From a virus (taxonomy: Duplodnaviria > Caudoviricetes): 36,896 nt of DNA. The DNA lies in the IMG/VR virus record IMGVR_UViG_3300012352_000720, positions 1 to 36,896 of that record. The stretch is one strand, 5' to 3'. The notes below the pieces were generated by a model, which was given only the letters and a program-made list of their open reading frames with translations, did no database searches and was not told where the DNA came from. The position numbers and the translations under genes are program-made. Below, piece after piece: positions 17,178 to 25,849 of this stretch. Every line of letters starts with the position of its first letter. The stretch's first letter is position 1.

Positions 17178-17763
17178 CTATGAAGCCCCACACGAGAAGA
17201 TACATGTTTATTATGACATGATTAGACCATCAATCATAGAAGATATAGAGTTACTTGATATTTTATCAGATCCGAACTCAACTATTCCAAAATGGAAAAC
17301 ATGGTATCCTTCTGGAGCAGAAGGACAAGAGTCACTTGCATTCGGGTATCAAAAAAGAATGACTGATCACTTGAGCCCAGACCGAAAAGATGATTCCTAT
17401 GCTGAAATATATTGGGAAATATTTAATGCAATAGTTTCTGCTTCTGAAGATTATGCATCTAGACACGAAATTGAGATTGGTAGATTAGCCCCATTATCAA
17501 TAAGTAAGTATAAGGCTGGAGCTTCAATGGGGAAGCATACTGACTCTAATGGCTCAGAAGGTCCACAGACAGTATCAGTGGTTTGCTACTTAAATGATAA
17601 TTATGAGGGTGGTCAGATTAGATTTGAAGATCAGGGTATAGAGATAAAGCCAAGAGCTGGCAGCATAGTAATATTCCCATCTAAGCCTCCATTTTTTCAT
17701 GAATCTATGCCAGTAATTTCTGGCTGGAAGTATATTTCTCCTGGATTTTGGAATATCCTATAA
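17170..17763 (+). CDS. 2OG-Fe(II) oxygenase, prolyl-4-hydroxylase-like
   Basis: HTD...YLNDNYEGG...HES...KY; ATG 17170 overlaps the previous stop. Confidence 0.88.
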   Translation: MLSYEAPHEKIHVYYDMIRPSIIEDIELLDILSDPNSTIPKWKTWYPSGAEGQESLAFGYQKRMTDHLSPDRKDDSYAEIYWEIFNAIVSASEDYASRHEIEIGRLAPLSISKYKAGASMGKHTDSNGSEGPQTVSVVCYLNDNYEGGQIRFEDQGIEIKPRAGSIVIFPSKPPFFHESMPVISGWKYISPGFWNIL

Positions 17764-17789
17764 CTATTCAGATGGTATAATTTATTATT

Positions 17790-18893
17790 ATGGCATCAAA
17801 TTTTCCTACATCTCTAGACGCTTTGTCTAACCCATCAGCTAGTACGCTTTTAAATCAGCCAGATAAAGCTCACAGTCAACAACATGCAAATTTAAATGAT
17901 GCCGTAGAGTCTCTTCAGGCACGAGTTGGCATAGAAGGCTCCTCAAACGTAAACTCTTTAGAGTATAGATTAAATGCAGTAGAAACAGCATCTGGATCAA
18001 ATACAATTGTTCAGGATACATCTACAGGATGGTTTACAGATAACCCAATATTGGCAGCAAATCAAGTTGGTATAGAGACAGATACTTTAAAGATTAAATT
18101 TGGTACTGGAGACAACTGGAATGACATCCAATATACAGCAGTAACCCCACCAGAATTAGAGAGCAGCTTGTCAGACTACGTTCTAGTCACAGATAGAGGT
18201 TCTGTTAACGGAGTAGCTTCATTAGACTCTTCAGGTAAAATACCAGACACAGAAATCCCATCGGGCATTACAAGAGACTCAGAGCTTTCAGCACATAATT
18301 CAGCAACTACTTCAGTTCATGGAATTACAAATACAGCGGAACTAGCTACAAAGTCTTATGCCGATACAGCTGCATCTAATGCAGTATCTGCATTGATTGA
18401 TTCAGCTCCAACAGCGCTTAATACTTTAAATGAATTAGCAGCAGCAATAAATGACGATGCAAGCTATGCTGCAACAATAACAACATCATTAGGGCTAAAG
18501 CAGGATAAGGTATCTGGAGTAACTGATACGGAGATAGGATACCTTGACGGAGTAACATCTGCAATACAAACACAGATTGATTCTAAATCTACCTCATTAA
18601 TTCAGTTTAATCAACAATCATCTTCTTATACACTTCAGCTCTCTGACAAAGATAAGATTGTAGAAATGTCAGGCGGGGGAACAATCACAATTCCAGCAGA
18701 AGCAACTTTAAACTTACCTGTAGGATTCTCTGTTGAAATTCTTCAAACTGGTTCATCACAAGTTACAATTGCTGGAAGTGGTTTTACTCCAAATGCTACA
18801 CCAGGATTAAAATTAAGAGCACAATGGAGCAGCGCCTCATTGGTTAAAAGAGGCTCTGACTTATGGATTGTTAGCGGCGATTTGAGCGCATAA
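17790..18893 (+). CDS. Tail fibre protein, paralogue of 9966..11501
   Basis: NPILAANQVGIETDTLKIKFG, NGVASL, one H...TTSVHGI repeat, C-terminal TPGLKLRAQWS...WIVSGDLSA. Confidence 0.75.
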   Translation: MASNFPTSLDALSNPSASTLLNQPDKAHSQQHANLNDAVESLQARVGIEGSSNVNSLEYRLNAVETASGSNTIVQDTSTGWFTDNPILAANQVGIETDTLKIKFGTGDNWNDIQYTAVTPPELESSLSDYVLVTDRGSVNGVASLDSSGKIPDTEIPSGITRDSELSAHNSATTSVHGITNTAELATKSYADTAASNAVSALIDSAPTALNTLNELAAAINDDASYAATITTSLGLKQDKVSGVTDTEIGYLDGVTSAIQTQIDSKSTSLIQFNQQSSSYTLQLSDKDKIVEMSGGGTITIPAEATLNLPVGFSVEILQTGSSQVTIAGSGFTPNATPGLKLRAQWSSASLVKRGSDLWIVSGDLSA

Positions 18894-20062
18894 TGGCCAG
18901 ACGTCTTAGAATTGCTAGAGGTTCTGGTGTTAGAAAGGTCACGGTTCCAGATCTTTCTGGGTTGACAAAATCAGAGTCAGAATCCATTCTTTCTTCTTTA
19001 GGACTTAATTATTCTTCAAGCTCTTCTAATACAGAAACATCTTCGCTTTCTAACAAGATATCTAGTCAGTCTATTTCAAGTGGGTCCACTGTTTTAATTG
19101 GATCTGAAGTATCTTTTGTATATTATAATTATGTTGCGCCACCATACTTCCCATATTTTGCACCAGCACCTCCTTACTTCCCAACATTTATTCCAGCTCC
19201 ATCATTTACCACCCCAGGATATTTATCTTCAAGAACATCAAGCTCACTTACTTGGTCATGGGCTGGAGAAAATTATCAATCATGGAAGCTTTACAGCGGT
19301 GGAACTGGAGAAATATTTGCATCTGGTGATGGTCAGGCAACCTCTGCAACTAGAAGTGGTCTTAACCCAAGTCAGTCATATACAGCAACCATTAGATTAT
19401 ATTCTTCAACTGGATTAAGTGGAGCTTCTACTTCTGATGCAGTTTCTGGAACAACCGAAGCTGCTGCACCAACACCACCAGACTTCACACCAGCACCACC
19501 AGACTTCACACCAGCACCACCAGACTTCACGCCAGCACCACCAGACTTCACGCCAGCACCACCAGACTTCACGCCAGTACCACCTTACTTTAAGGGCGGA
19601 AAGGGACCTGGATGTATTTATGCGGATACACGAGTTCTTACTAACGCAGGCTATGTCTATGCAAAGAATATTTCTGTAGGAGACAAACTTGCAACCATAG
19701 ATCCTGAAGGGCTGCTAGGAAATACAATTATAAATTCAAGTACAGATATTGATGTTAAATTAATTAATGTTGATGTTGTAAGCGTTGAAAGCAGCATTAA
19801 GGATGTTGTAGGATTTAATAATAGCCTAGCATTATATTCTGCAATACAGCCTATTATTATTGATCGTGACGGCAAGTTTACATATGTAAAGGCTGGAGAT
19901 ATTTCCATAGGAGATACAGTAATAGAGATTGATGCTGAGACAAAGGCTATATCAAATATAGTTGTAGAGTCAATTCAGACTCAAAGCTCAGTAGAAGTTT
20001 ATGATATCAGAACTACACCATATCAGTGGTATATAGTTGAAAATAGCATAGTGGTATCTTAA
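18893..20062 (+). CDS. PASTA + Pro-rich + FN3 + PPDFTPA repeat + C-terminal Hint domain protein
   Basis: VTVPDLSGLT...L...GL...SQS...G..V..GSEV (PASTA); SSSLTWSW...GLNPSQSYT (FN3); Hint from Cys241 (CIYADTRVLT...VYDI). Confidence 0.82.
   Translation: MARRLRIARGSGVRKVTVPDLSGLTKSESESILSSLGLNYSSSSSNTETSSLSNKISSQSISSGSTVLIGSEVSFVYYNYVAPPYFPYFAPAPPYFPTFIPAPSFTTPGYLSSRTSSSLTWSWAGENYQSWKLYSGGTGEIFASGDGQATSATRSGLNPSQSYTATIRLYSSTGLSGASTSDAVSGTTEAAAPTPPDFTPAPPDFTPAPPDFTPAPPDFTPAPPDFTPVPPYFKGGKGPGCIYADTRVLTNAGYVYAKNISVGDKLATIDPEGLLGNTIINSSTDIDVKLINVDVVSVESSIKDVVGFNNSLALYSAIQPIIIDRDGKFTYVKAGDISIGDTVIEIDAETKAISNIVVESIQTQSSVEVYDIRTTPYQWYIVENSIVVS
19475..19579 (+). repeat. Five tandem 21-bp coding repeats (PPDFTPA)
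   Basis: CCACCAGACTTCAC(A/G)CCAG(C/T)A x5. Confidence 0.95.
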
Positions 20063-20667
20063 TGGAATTAGTTTATGAAGAGCTTGCTCCTGGGATAATA
20101 GTTTTTAAAAATGTATTTCCAGAAGAGATACATTTAACATTAATACCAGAAATAGAAGAGGCAGCAGAGAGCGGACTTGCTCCATGGCACGAGGCTTCTG
20201 TAAGAGATAATGGTGCTAATAAGGTTAATAAGGCAGTTAGAGATAATAAGTCAACTTCCTTTCCATATTCATATAGCGCTGTAAATGCAGGTAGCCCCAG
20301 GGAGAACCTATTTGAAAAAATGTCCAGCCTATTCTGTGAGGGCTTAGATCCAATAGAAAAAAAGTATATGTCAATGTTTGGAATATCTTTTTATGATCAT
20401 GACTCATATACTGTCTTAAAGTATGGCATAGATCAAAAGTTTATCAATCACATAGACGATCACACTAATTATCCAAGAAGAATATCTATGGTCTATTATA
20501 TAAATGATGACTATGAGGGTGGAGAAATTGTTTTTCCAAGATTTAATGTTTCTTATAAGCCAAAGGCAAATGAGGTTATATTCTTTCCATCGTCATACAC
20601 TTATAACCACTCGGTTTTACCAGTAAAAAGCGGACTTAGATACGCAGTAGTATCTTGGATACACTGA
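20062..20667 (+). CDS. 2OG-Fe(II) oxygenase, prolyl-4-hydroxylase-like
   Basis: HID...YINDDYEGGE...HSV...RY; EELAPGI N-terminus as in 13630; TAATG coupling to the Hint gene. Confidence 0.9.
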   Translation: MELVYEELAPGIIVFKNVFPEEIHLTLIPEIEEAAESGLAPWHEASVRDNGANKVNKAVRDNKSTSFPYSYSAVNAGSPRENLFEKMSSLFCEGLDPIEKKYMSMFGISFYDHDSYTVLKYGIDQKFINHIDDHTNYPRRISMVYYINDDYEGGEIVFPRFNVSYKPKANEVIFFPSSYTYNHSVLPVKSGLRYAVVSWIH

Positions 20668-20705
20668 CTCTACGCTTTTTTACTGTATTCTGGTAGAATA
20701 TTATT

Positions 20706-22472
20706 ATGTCATATGCACTTCAAGTAATAAAAGATAGCCCGATAATGTTTCTTCCTCTGGATGAAACAGTTGGTCCAACTGCATATGATATTTCTGGATG
20801 CGGAAACCATGGGACTCATTCAGACGGAATAATATCTGGGCTTCTGCCACTTATTCCTGGCGGTGTAACTGGAACAAGAATAACTAATACAAAATATGTA
20901 GACTGCTCGCTAGTTAATAATTATTATGGTCAAGAGCAAGTTGTTTCATTTGCAAATGCTGGATTTTCTGATAATGACTTCTCCATGGAGATATGGATAT
21001 ACCCTAATTTTAATACAGCAGAGAACTTAGTTTTTGGCGATCAGGTAAATGATATAGGAATATCATGGCAAAAAGGAAATATAATATTTAAACTTCAGGA
21101 GGAAGTTCTTGAGTATACTGTTCCATATTACAAGAAAGCTCTGCATATTGTTGCGGTATATACTGTAAATTATATGGAGCTATATGTTGATGGTCAGATA
21201 GTAGCAACAAAAGAACTCAACAAGTTTAGATTTACTAATACTTATTTAAATTTATCTGTGGGGCCAACAGCAAACTCAAGCTCAACTTTTATAGCAGATG
21301 CACCAGCAGTATACAGATACGCCTTGTCTCAAAATCAGATTAAAAGACACTACGATCTTGCACAGCTTCAAATAAGCCCTATACAAATAGTAAATCCAGA
21401 TGGAGGAATCTTTTATCCGCTTTCTGATGAAAATACAAAAGAAATATATCAATTCAGCTATCCAGCAAACAGGTCATTTGACTCAATAATTCAAGATGGC
21501 ATATCTTATGATAGAATTACAAATTCTTTATATTTGACGCCAACTGATACTGCAGAAGCTGCTGAGGTAACACTCATAGAACAAATTGGAGTTCCTCTGC
21601 AGGATGATATTGTAAGAACAAAGATAAGATGGTTCGGAGATAACGGAATAGAGATAAGTACTAGTCTAGATGGAGAGACCTATGAGGTCTGCGAAAACGG
21701 CAACAGCATACCTCAATATGAAGCGGATGTTTCAGATGGAACTGGTGAGCTTTATATTAAAATAGTTTTTTCAAGCAGCGACGCATCAAGATATAATCCT
21801 GAGCTTTATAGTATGTGGCTTTCTTTTTATGATACAAGTAAAATATATGCAATTAATTATGGAACAAATATAGAGCCAGACTCTGCCTCGGCCATAATTC
21901 CTGGAGATATTAATTACCCAGTTTTATCTAGAGACTATAGAAATGGATTGCGTGTAAAAAATGACAACTCATTTTTTATGGAGTCTGATGTTGTTTATAG
22001 AAGCATTGAGTTTTTTTATACCCCAGCTAGCCTACTTGAAAGTGGACTTATTGTAGTTGAAAATGACACAGAAGACATAGTTGAGTATAGATGGTCTGAC
22101 TCTGGGACAATTGCTAGCGATGGCTTAGAAAGCATATACGTTAACGGAATAGACAAGAGCCTTGAGACTAGCATTTCTAATGTCTTTAAGGCTGGAGAAA
22201 TACATCATGTTGTTGTTAATATTCCAACCTATGAAATAGGTTCACGGATCAAGTTTAACAGCGGATATACGTCAAGCCCAATTTCCACTACAGAATCACT
22301 GTATAAGAATTTAGCAATGTATGAGACCCAGCTTACTGAAGCGCAAATAGAGGAACACTATAGCCTTTATACTTCAAGGCCTAGCGTAAGCGTAGACGAT
22401 AACGACATGACCGTGACAGAATCTGGCGTATCTCAGAATACAAATGACTGGATTGTTATTCAAAACGTATAA
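20706..22472 (+). CDS. LamG/concanavalin A-like lectin domain virion protein
   Basis: LPLDE..G..AYD.SG.GNHG, FSMEIWI, HIVAVY, LYVDG, AVYRYALS..QI..HY; second degenerate LamG domain at C-terminus. Confidence 0.72.
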   Translation: MSYALQVIKDSPIMFLPLDETVGPTAYDISGCGNHGTHSDGIISGLLPLIPGGVTGTRITNTKYVDCSLVNNYYGQEQVVSFANAGFSDNDFSMEIWIYPNFNTAENLVFGDQVNDIGISWQKGNIIFKLQEEVLEYTVPYYKKALHIVAVYTVNYMELYVDGQIVATKELNKFRFTNTYLNLSVGPTANSSSTFIADAPAVYRYALSQNQIKRHYDLAQLQISPIQIVNPDGGIFYPLSDENTKEIYQFSYPANRSFDSIIQDGISYDRITNSLYLTPTDTAEAAEVTLIEQIGVPLQDDIVRTKIRWFGDNGIEISTSLDGETYEVCENGNSIPQYEADVSDGTGELYIKIVFSSSDASRYNPELYSMWLSFYDTSKIYAINYGTNIEPDSASAIIPGDINYPVLSRDYRNGLRVKNDNSFFMESDVVYRSIEFFYTPASLLESGLIVVENDTEDIVEYRWSDSGTIASDGLESIYVNGIDKSLETSISNVFKAGEIHHVVVNIPTYEIGSRIKFNSGYTSSPISTTESLYKNLAMYETQLTEAQIEEHYSLYTSRPSVSVDDNDMTVTESGVSQNTNDWIVIQNV

Positions 22473-22534
22473 TTTGTCACAAACGTTGACAAAATCTGGA
22501 CTTTAGCTTAAAGTAATGGTAAACTTAGAATATT

Positions 22535-22891
22535 ATGGACCTTTCAGATATCAAAAGAACTAGCGTTATGATGAACGACGAGGAAACTCGTATCGGGACC
22601 TATGTATGGGAAATGCCAGACGGACGCTGGATTGGCGATGACGATGGAAACTTTTTATCTATAGCTTCATCAAAAGGCAATAGGTCTAAAATTGATGCCC
22701 TTGCTGATGTAGTCAGGTCATATGGCATTGATGTCGGACAGCCAAAGTTTTTGTCTGGAAGACGCAAAATTGATGATGAAGAATTTGAATATCAACAGCA
22801 GAGGCTTAAGTGGGGTCTTACTCCAGATCCTCTCGATATCGGTGTTTATAAAGAAGAAATGAATAAGTCAAACCTTGGTGGTGCTAGATAA
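22535..22891 (+). CDS. Hypothetical protein upstream of portal
   Basis: 118-aa ORF, TAATG-coupled to portal, preceded by TGG-TAAACT. Confidence 0.8.
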   Translation: MDLSDIKRTSVMMNDEETRIGTYVWEMPDGRWIGDDDGNFLSIASSKGNRSKIDALADVVRSYGIDVGQPKFLSGRRKIDDEEFEYQQQRLKWGLTPDPLDIGVYKEEMNKSNLGGAR

Positions 22892-24465
22892 TGAAATTTG
22901 TTGATGATGAAAATAATGAGTCACACGTATTAAATGCGTCAGACTTTCACATTCCGTCCGTAACTGTAAACAAAAGCTTAGATGAGTTTAAAATTGAGGG
23001 CGAAGAGCTTTTAAAGGTAGGCGGACTTAGCGCAAACTTTAGAAGAAAAGTAAGTCGTGATATTCAAAAGAGATTTGTTGGAACAGATGGAGCGGAAACC
23101 CAGCAGAACCTTCTTGCACAAGCAATTACTGGTTATGCTATGTTTGATCTTATTGAGCCACCATATAACCTAGATTATCTTTCAAGAGTATATGAAATTT
23201 CACCATACAACTACGCAGCAATTAATGCAAAGGTATTTAATATTGTTGGCTTAGGGTATGACTTTGTAGAAACAAGAAAAACTGTGGATGCAATTGATGG
23301 CATATCAGATTCAAAGCAGTTAGAGAGAGCTCGCAAAAAGCTAAATAAGTTAAGACAAGATCTTAATGAATGGCTAGAAGATTGCAACGAAGAAGAGACT
23401 TTTAAAGAAACGCTTATTAAGTTCTATACTGACGTAGAGTCTACTGGCAACGGCTACCTTGAAATTGGAAGAACTACATCTGGTAAGATCGGGTACCTTG
23501 GACATATTCCAGCAAAGACAATGAGAGTAAGAAGACTTCGTGATGGCTTTATTCAATTGCTTTATGGCAAGGCCGTATTCTTCAGAAACTTTGGAGATCA
23601 GGAAACTCCTAATCCAATTGCTGGCGGTCTAGACAGACCAAACGAAATTATTCACTTTAAGAAGTATACACCTACAAATAATTACTATGGCGTTCCAGAT
23701 ATTGTTCCTGCATCAAATGCTATGGCAGGTAACGAGTTTGCAGGAAAGTATAACCTGGACTATTTTGAAAATAAAGCGGTCCCAAGATATATTATTACAC
23801 TCAAGGGTGGAAGCCTTTCTCCAGAATCAGAGCGAAAGCTTCTTGAGTTCTTCCAGGTTGGACTAAAGGGAAAGAATCACAGATCTCTATATATTCCTCT
23901 TCCAGCAGATTCTCCAGATCAAAAGGTTGAATTTAAGATGGAGCCAGTTGAGGCTGGTGCACAGGACTCATCATTTAACGTTTATAGAAAAGCAAATAGA
24001 GATGAAATTCTCATGGCTCATAGAACTCCAATTAATAAAATTGGAACTCCAGAAGGAATTAACTTAGCTGCTGCTCGTGATGCAGATAAGACATTTAAAG
24101 AGCAGGTATGTAGACCAGCTCAAGACATCCTTGAAAAGAAATTAAATAAAATAATCAAGGAAATGACAGATGCCCTTGAAATTAAATTTAATGAATTGGC
24201 TCTTACCGATGAAGATACTCAGTCTAAGATTGATGAAAGATATCTCAGAATGAAGGTCATTGTTCCTAATGAAATTAGAATTAGAAAAGGCATGGTTCCA
24301 CTAGAGGGTGGAGATGAGCCAGTTGAATTAAAGCCACAGGCACAGGCAGAAATTAGATCTCAGGCAAATAGCTCAAGAGCTAGGGATCAAGAAAGATCTG
24401 CTAATTCTCCAGACGTTTCTGGAGAAGGTAGAAATGCTCAGGGCGATGGCAGACAAGTCGAGTAG
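22891..24465 (+). CDS. Portal protein
   Basis: D.ESTGNGYLEI, HIPA.TMR, EIIHFK, YYGVP, YFENKAVP, NEIR..KG..PLEGGD motifs. Confidence 0.92.
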   Translation: MKFVDDENNESHVLNASDFHIPSVTVNKSLDEFKIEGEELLKVGGLSANFRRKVSRDIQKRFVGTDGAETQQNLLAQAITGYAMFDLIEPPYNLDYLSRVYEISPYNYAAINAKVFNIVGLGYDFVETRKTVDAIDGISDSKQLERARKKLNKLRQDLNEWLEDCNEEETFKETLIKFYTDVESTGNGYLEIGRTTSGKIGYLGHIPAKTMRVRRLRDGFIQLLYGKAVFFRNFGDQETPNPIAGGLDRPNEIIHFKKYTPTNNYYGVPDIVPASNAMAGNEFAGKYNLDYFENKAVPRYIITLKGGSLSPESERKLLEFFQVGLKGKNHRSLYIPLPADSPDQKVEFKMEPVEAGAQDSSFNVYRKANRDEILMAHRTPINKIGTPEGINLAAARDADKTFKEQVCRPAQDILEKKLNKIIKEMTDALEIKFNELALTDEDTQSKIDERYLRMKVIVPNEIRIRKGMVPLEGGDEPVELKPQAQAEIRSQANSSRARDQERSANSPDVSGEGRNAQGDGRQVE

Positions 24466-24482
24466 TAGTAATCGACTACAAT

Positions 24483-24511
24483 TTGCCTTTTGAGATATAT
24501 CATAATAAAAT
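24483..24511 (+). promoter_or_regulatory. Promoter for protease/capsid operon
   Basis: TTGCCT-N17-TAAAAT, ATG 7 nt downstream. Confidence 0.6.
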
Positions 24512-24518
24512 TAAGCAT

Positions 24519-25829
24519 ATGAACATTGAAAAATCATTGTGGTCTTCAAATGGCGACGATATCACATTATCAGTTCCTTTCACAAAAGTTAACCGTGAGA
24601 AGAGAACGGTTTCGGGTTTTGCCACATTAGACAATATTGATCAAACAGGCGATGTAGTTTTAGCAGAAGCAAGCCTAGAGGCATTTGAAAATTTTCGAGG
24701 AAACATTCGTGAGATGCATGGATCAAATGCTGTTGGCAAGATGTTATCATTTAGACCAGAGACATTCTATGACTCAACAACAGGCGAATTCTATAACGGA
24801 ATCTACGTAGATGCATACGTATCAAAGGGTGCACAAGATACTTGGGAAAAGGTTCTTGATGGCACTCTTTCTGGTTTTTCAATCGGCGGAAAAATTAAGG
24901 AATCAGACAACGAAGTAAATAAGGCAACAGGACAGCCAGTAAGATTTATTAAGAAGTACGCATTGCTAGAGTTATCAATTGTAGATTCACCAGCCAATGA
25001 GCTTTGCAATCTATTATCAATTCAGAAGATGAATGGCGAATTCATATTCAAGGGTATTGCAGCAGAAACACAAACTGAAAATATTTTTTATTGTGCAGAA
25101 TCAAACAAAGTTTTTATGTCTACAGATTCTTCATACACATCTCCAGTAAGTGGAAAGCCAGCAGAGCTAATTGGCTGGGTTGAGTCAAATGATGTTAACA
25201 AAGCAAAAGAAATAAATAGAATTCTTGATTCGTATAAGCAGTCAAGATTAACGTTGCCTGATTCACAAATAATCGCAAAACAGGCAAACGCAGAAGGAGG
25301 TAATGAAGTGTCAGAAAACACAGAGACAACAGTAGTTGAAGAAGTTTCAGCTCCTGTAGAAGAAGCCCCAGTTGTTGCTGAAGAAGCGCCAGCTGAAGCT
25401 CCTGCTGAAGTAGCAGAAGATGCTTCTGCCGAAACTGTAGAAAAAGCAGCCGACGTATCTGAAGTTGAGGTTGATGAACCTGATTTTGCAAAGATGCTGG
25501 TCGATCTTAAGGGATTCTTTACAGAAACTCTTAATAAGGCAACAGAATCAAGCGCAGCGCAGGTCATTGATATCAAGCAGACTGTTGAAACATTCAGCAA
25601 GGGCGTAGATGCAAGAATTACAGATTTAGCAGAACAACATACAACACTTTCAAAGGCAATCGAGGACATTAAGAATACAATTAATGGCGTAGAGAAGCGT
25701 GTTGACGCAGTAGAATCAGAAACTGCAATTAAGAAGTCCTATGACCTTGGCGGGTCACAGGAAATGACAGTAAAAAAGTCAAAATGGAACGGTTCTTTTC
25801 TCGGAAACGTACAAGAAATTTTTAACTAA
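24519..25829 (+). CDS. Prohead protease fused to scaffold domain
   Basis: REMH, LSGFSIGG, ELSIVDSPAN (HK97/XkdF-type protease); acidic EAPA linker and coiled-coil C-terminus. Confidence 0.9.
   Translation: MNIEKSLWSSNGDDITLSVPFTKVNREKRTVSGFATLDNIDQTGDVVLAEASLEAFENFRGNIREMHGSNAVGKMLSFRPETFYDSTTGEFYNGIYVDAYVSKGAQDTWEKVLDGTLSGFSIGGKIKESDNEVNKATGQPVRFIKKYALLELSIVDSPANELCNLLSIQKMNGEFIFKGIAAETQTENIFYCAESNKVFMSTDSSYTSPVSGKPAELIGWVESNDVNKAKEINRILDSYKQSRLTLPDSQIIAKQANAEGGNEVSENTETTVVEEVSAPVEEAPVVAEEAPAEAPAEVAEDASAETVEKAADVSEVEVDEPDFAKMLVDLKGFFTETLNKATESSAAQVIDIKQTVETFSKGVDARITDLAEQHTTLSKAIEDIKNTINGVEKRVDAVESETAIKKSYDLGGSQEMTVKKSKWNGSFLGNVQEIFN
25308..25829 (+). CDS. Putative nested in-frame scaffolding protein
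   Basis: AAGGAGGT (25294-25301) 6 nt before an in-frame GTG inside the protease gene. Confidence 0.6.
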   Translation: MSENTETTVVEEVSAPVEEAPVVAEEAPAEAPAEVAEDASAETVEKAADVSEVEVDEPDFAKMLVDLKGFFTETLNKATESSAAQVIDIKQTVETFSKGVDARITDLAEQHTTLSKAIEDIKNTINGVEKRVDAVESETAIKKSYDLGGSQEMTVKKSKWNGSFLGNVQEIFN

Positions 25830-25849
25830 AAAAAGGTAGGTGAAAATAA

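Noticed and set aside
19372-19679. ORFs with HHQTSHQ or KSGGAGV repeats, and a possible CRISPR array
   Set aside because: Alternative frames of the 21-bp tandem repeat in the PASTA/Hint gene; repeats are contiguous with no spacers
25088-25669. 193-aa antisense ORF and similar antisense ORFs inside nrdJ, fibre, capsid and tape measure genes
   Set aside because: Shadows of strongly biased sense-strand codon usage; no RBS or recognisable motifs
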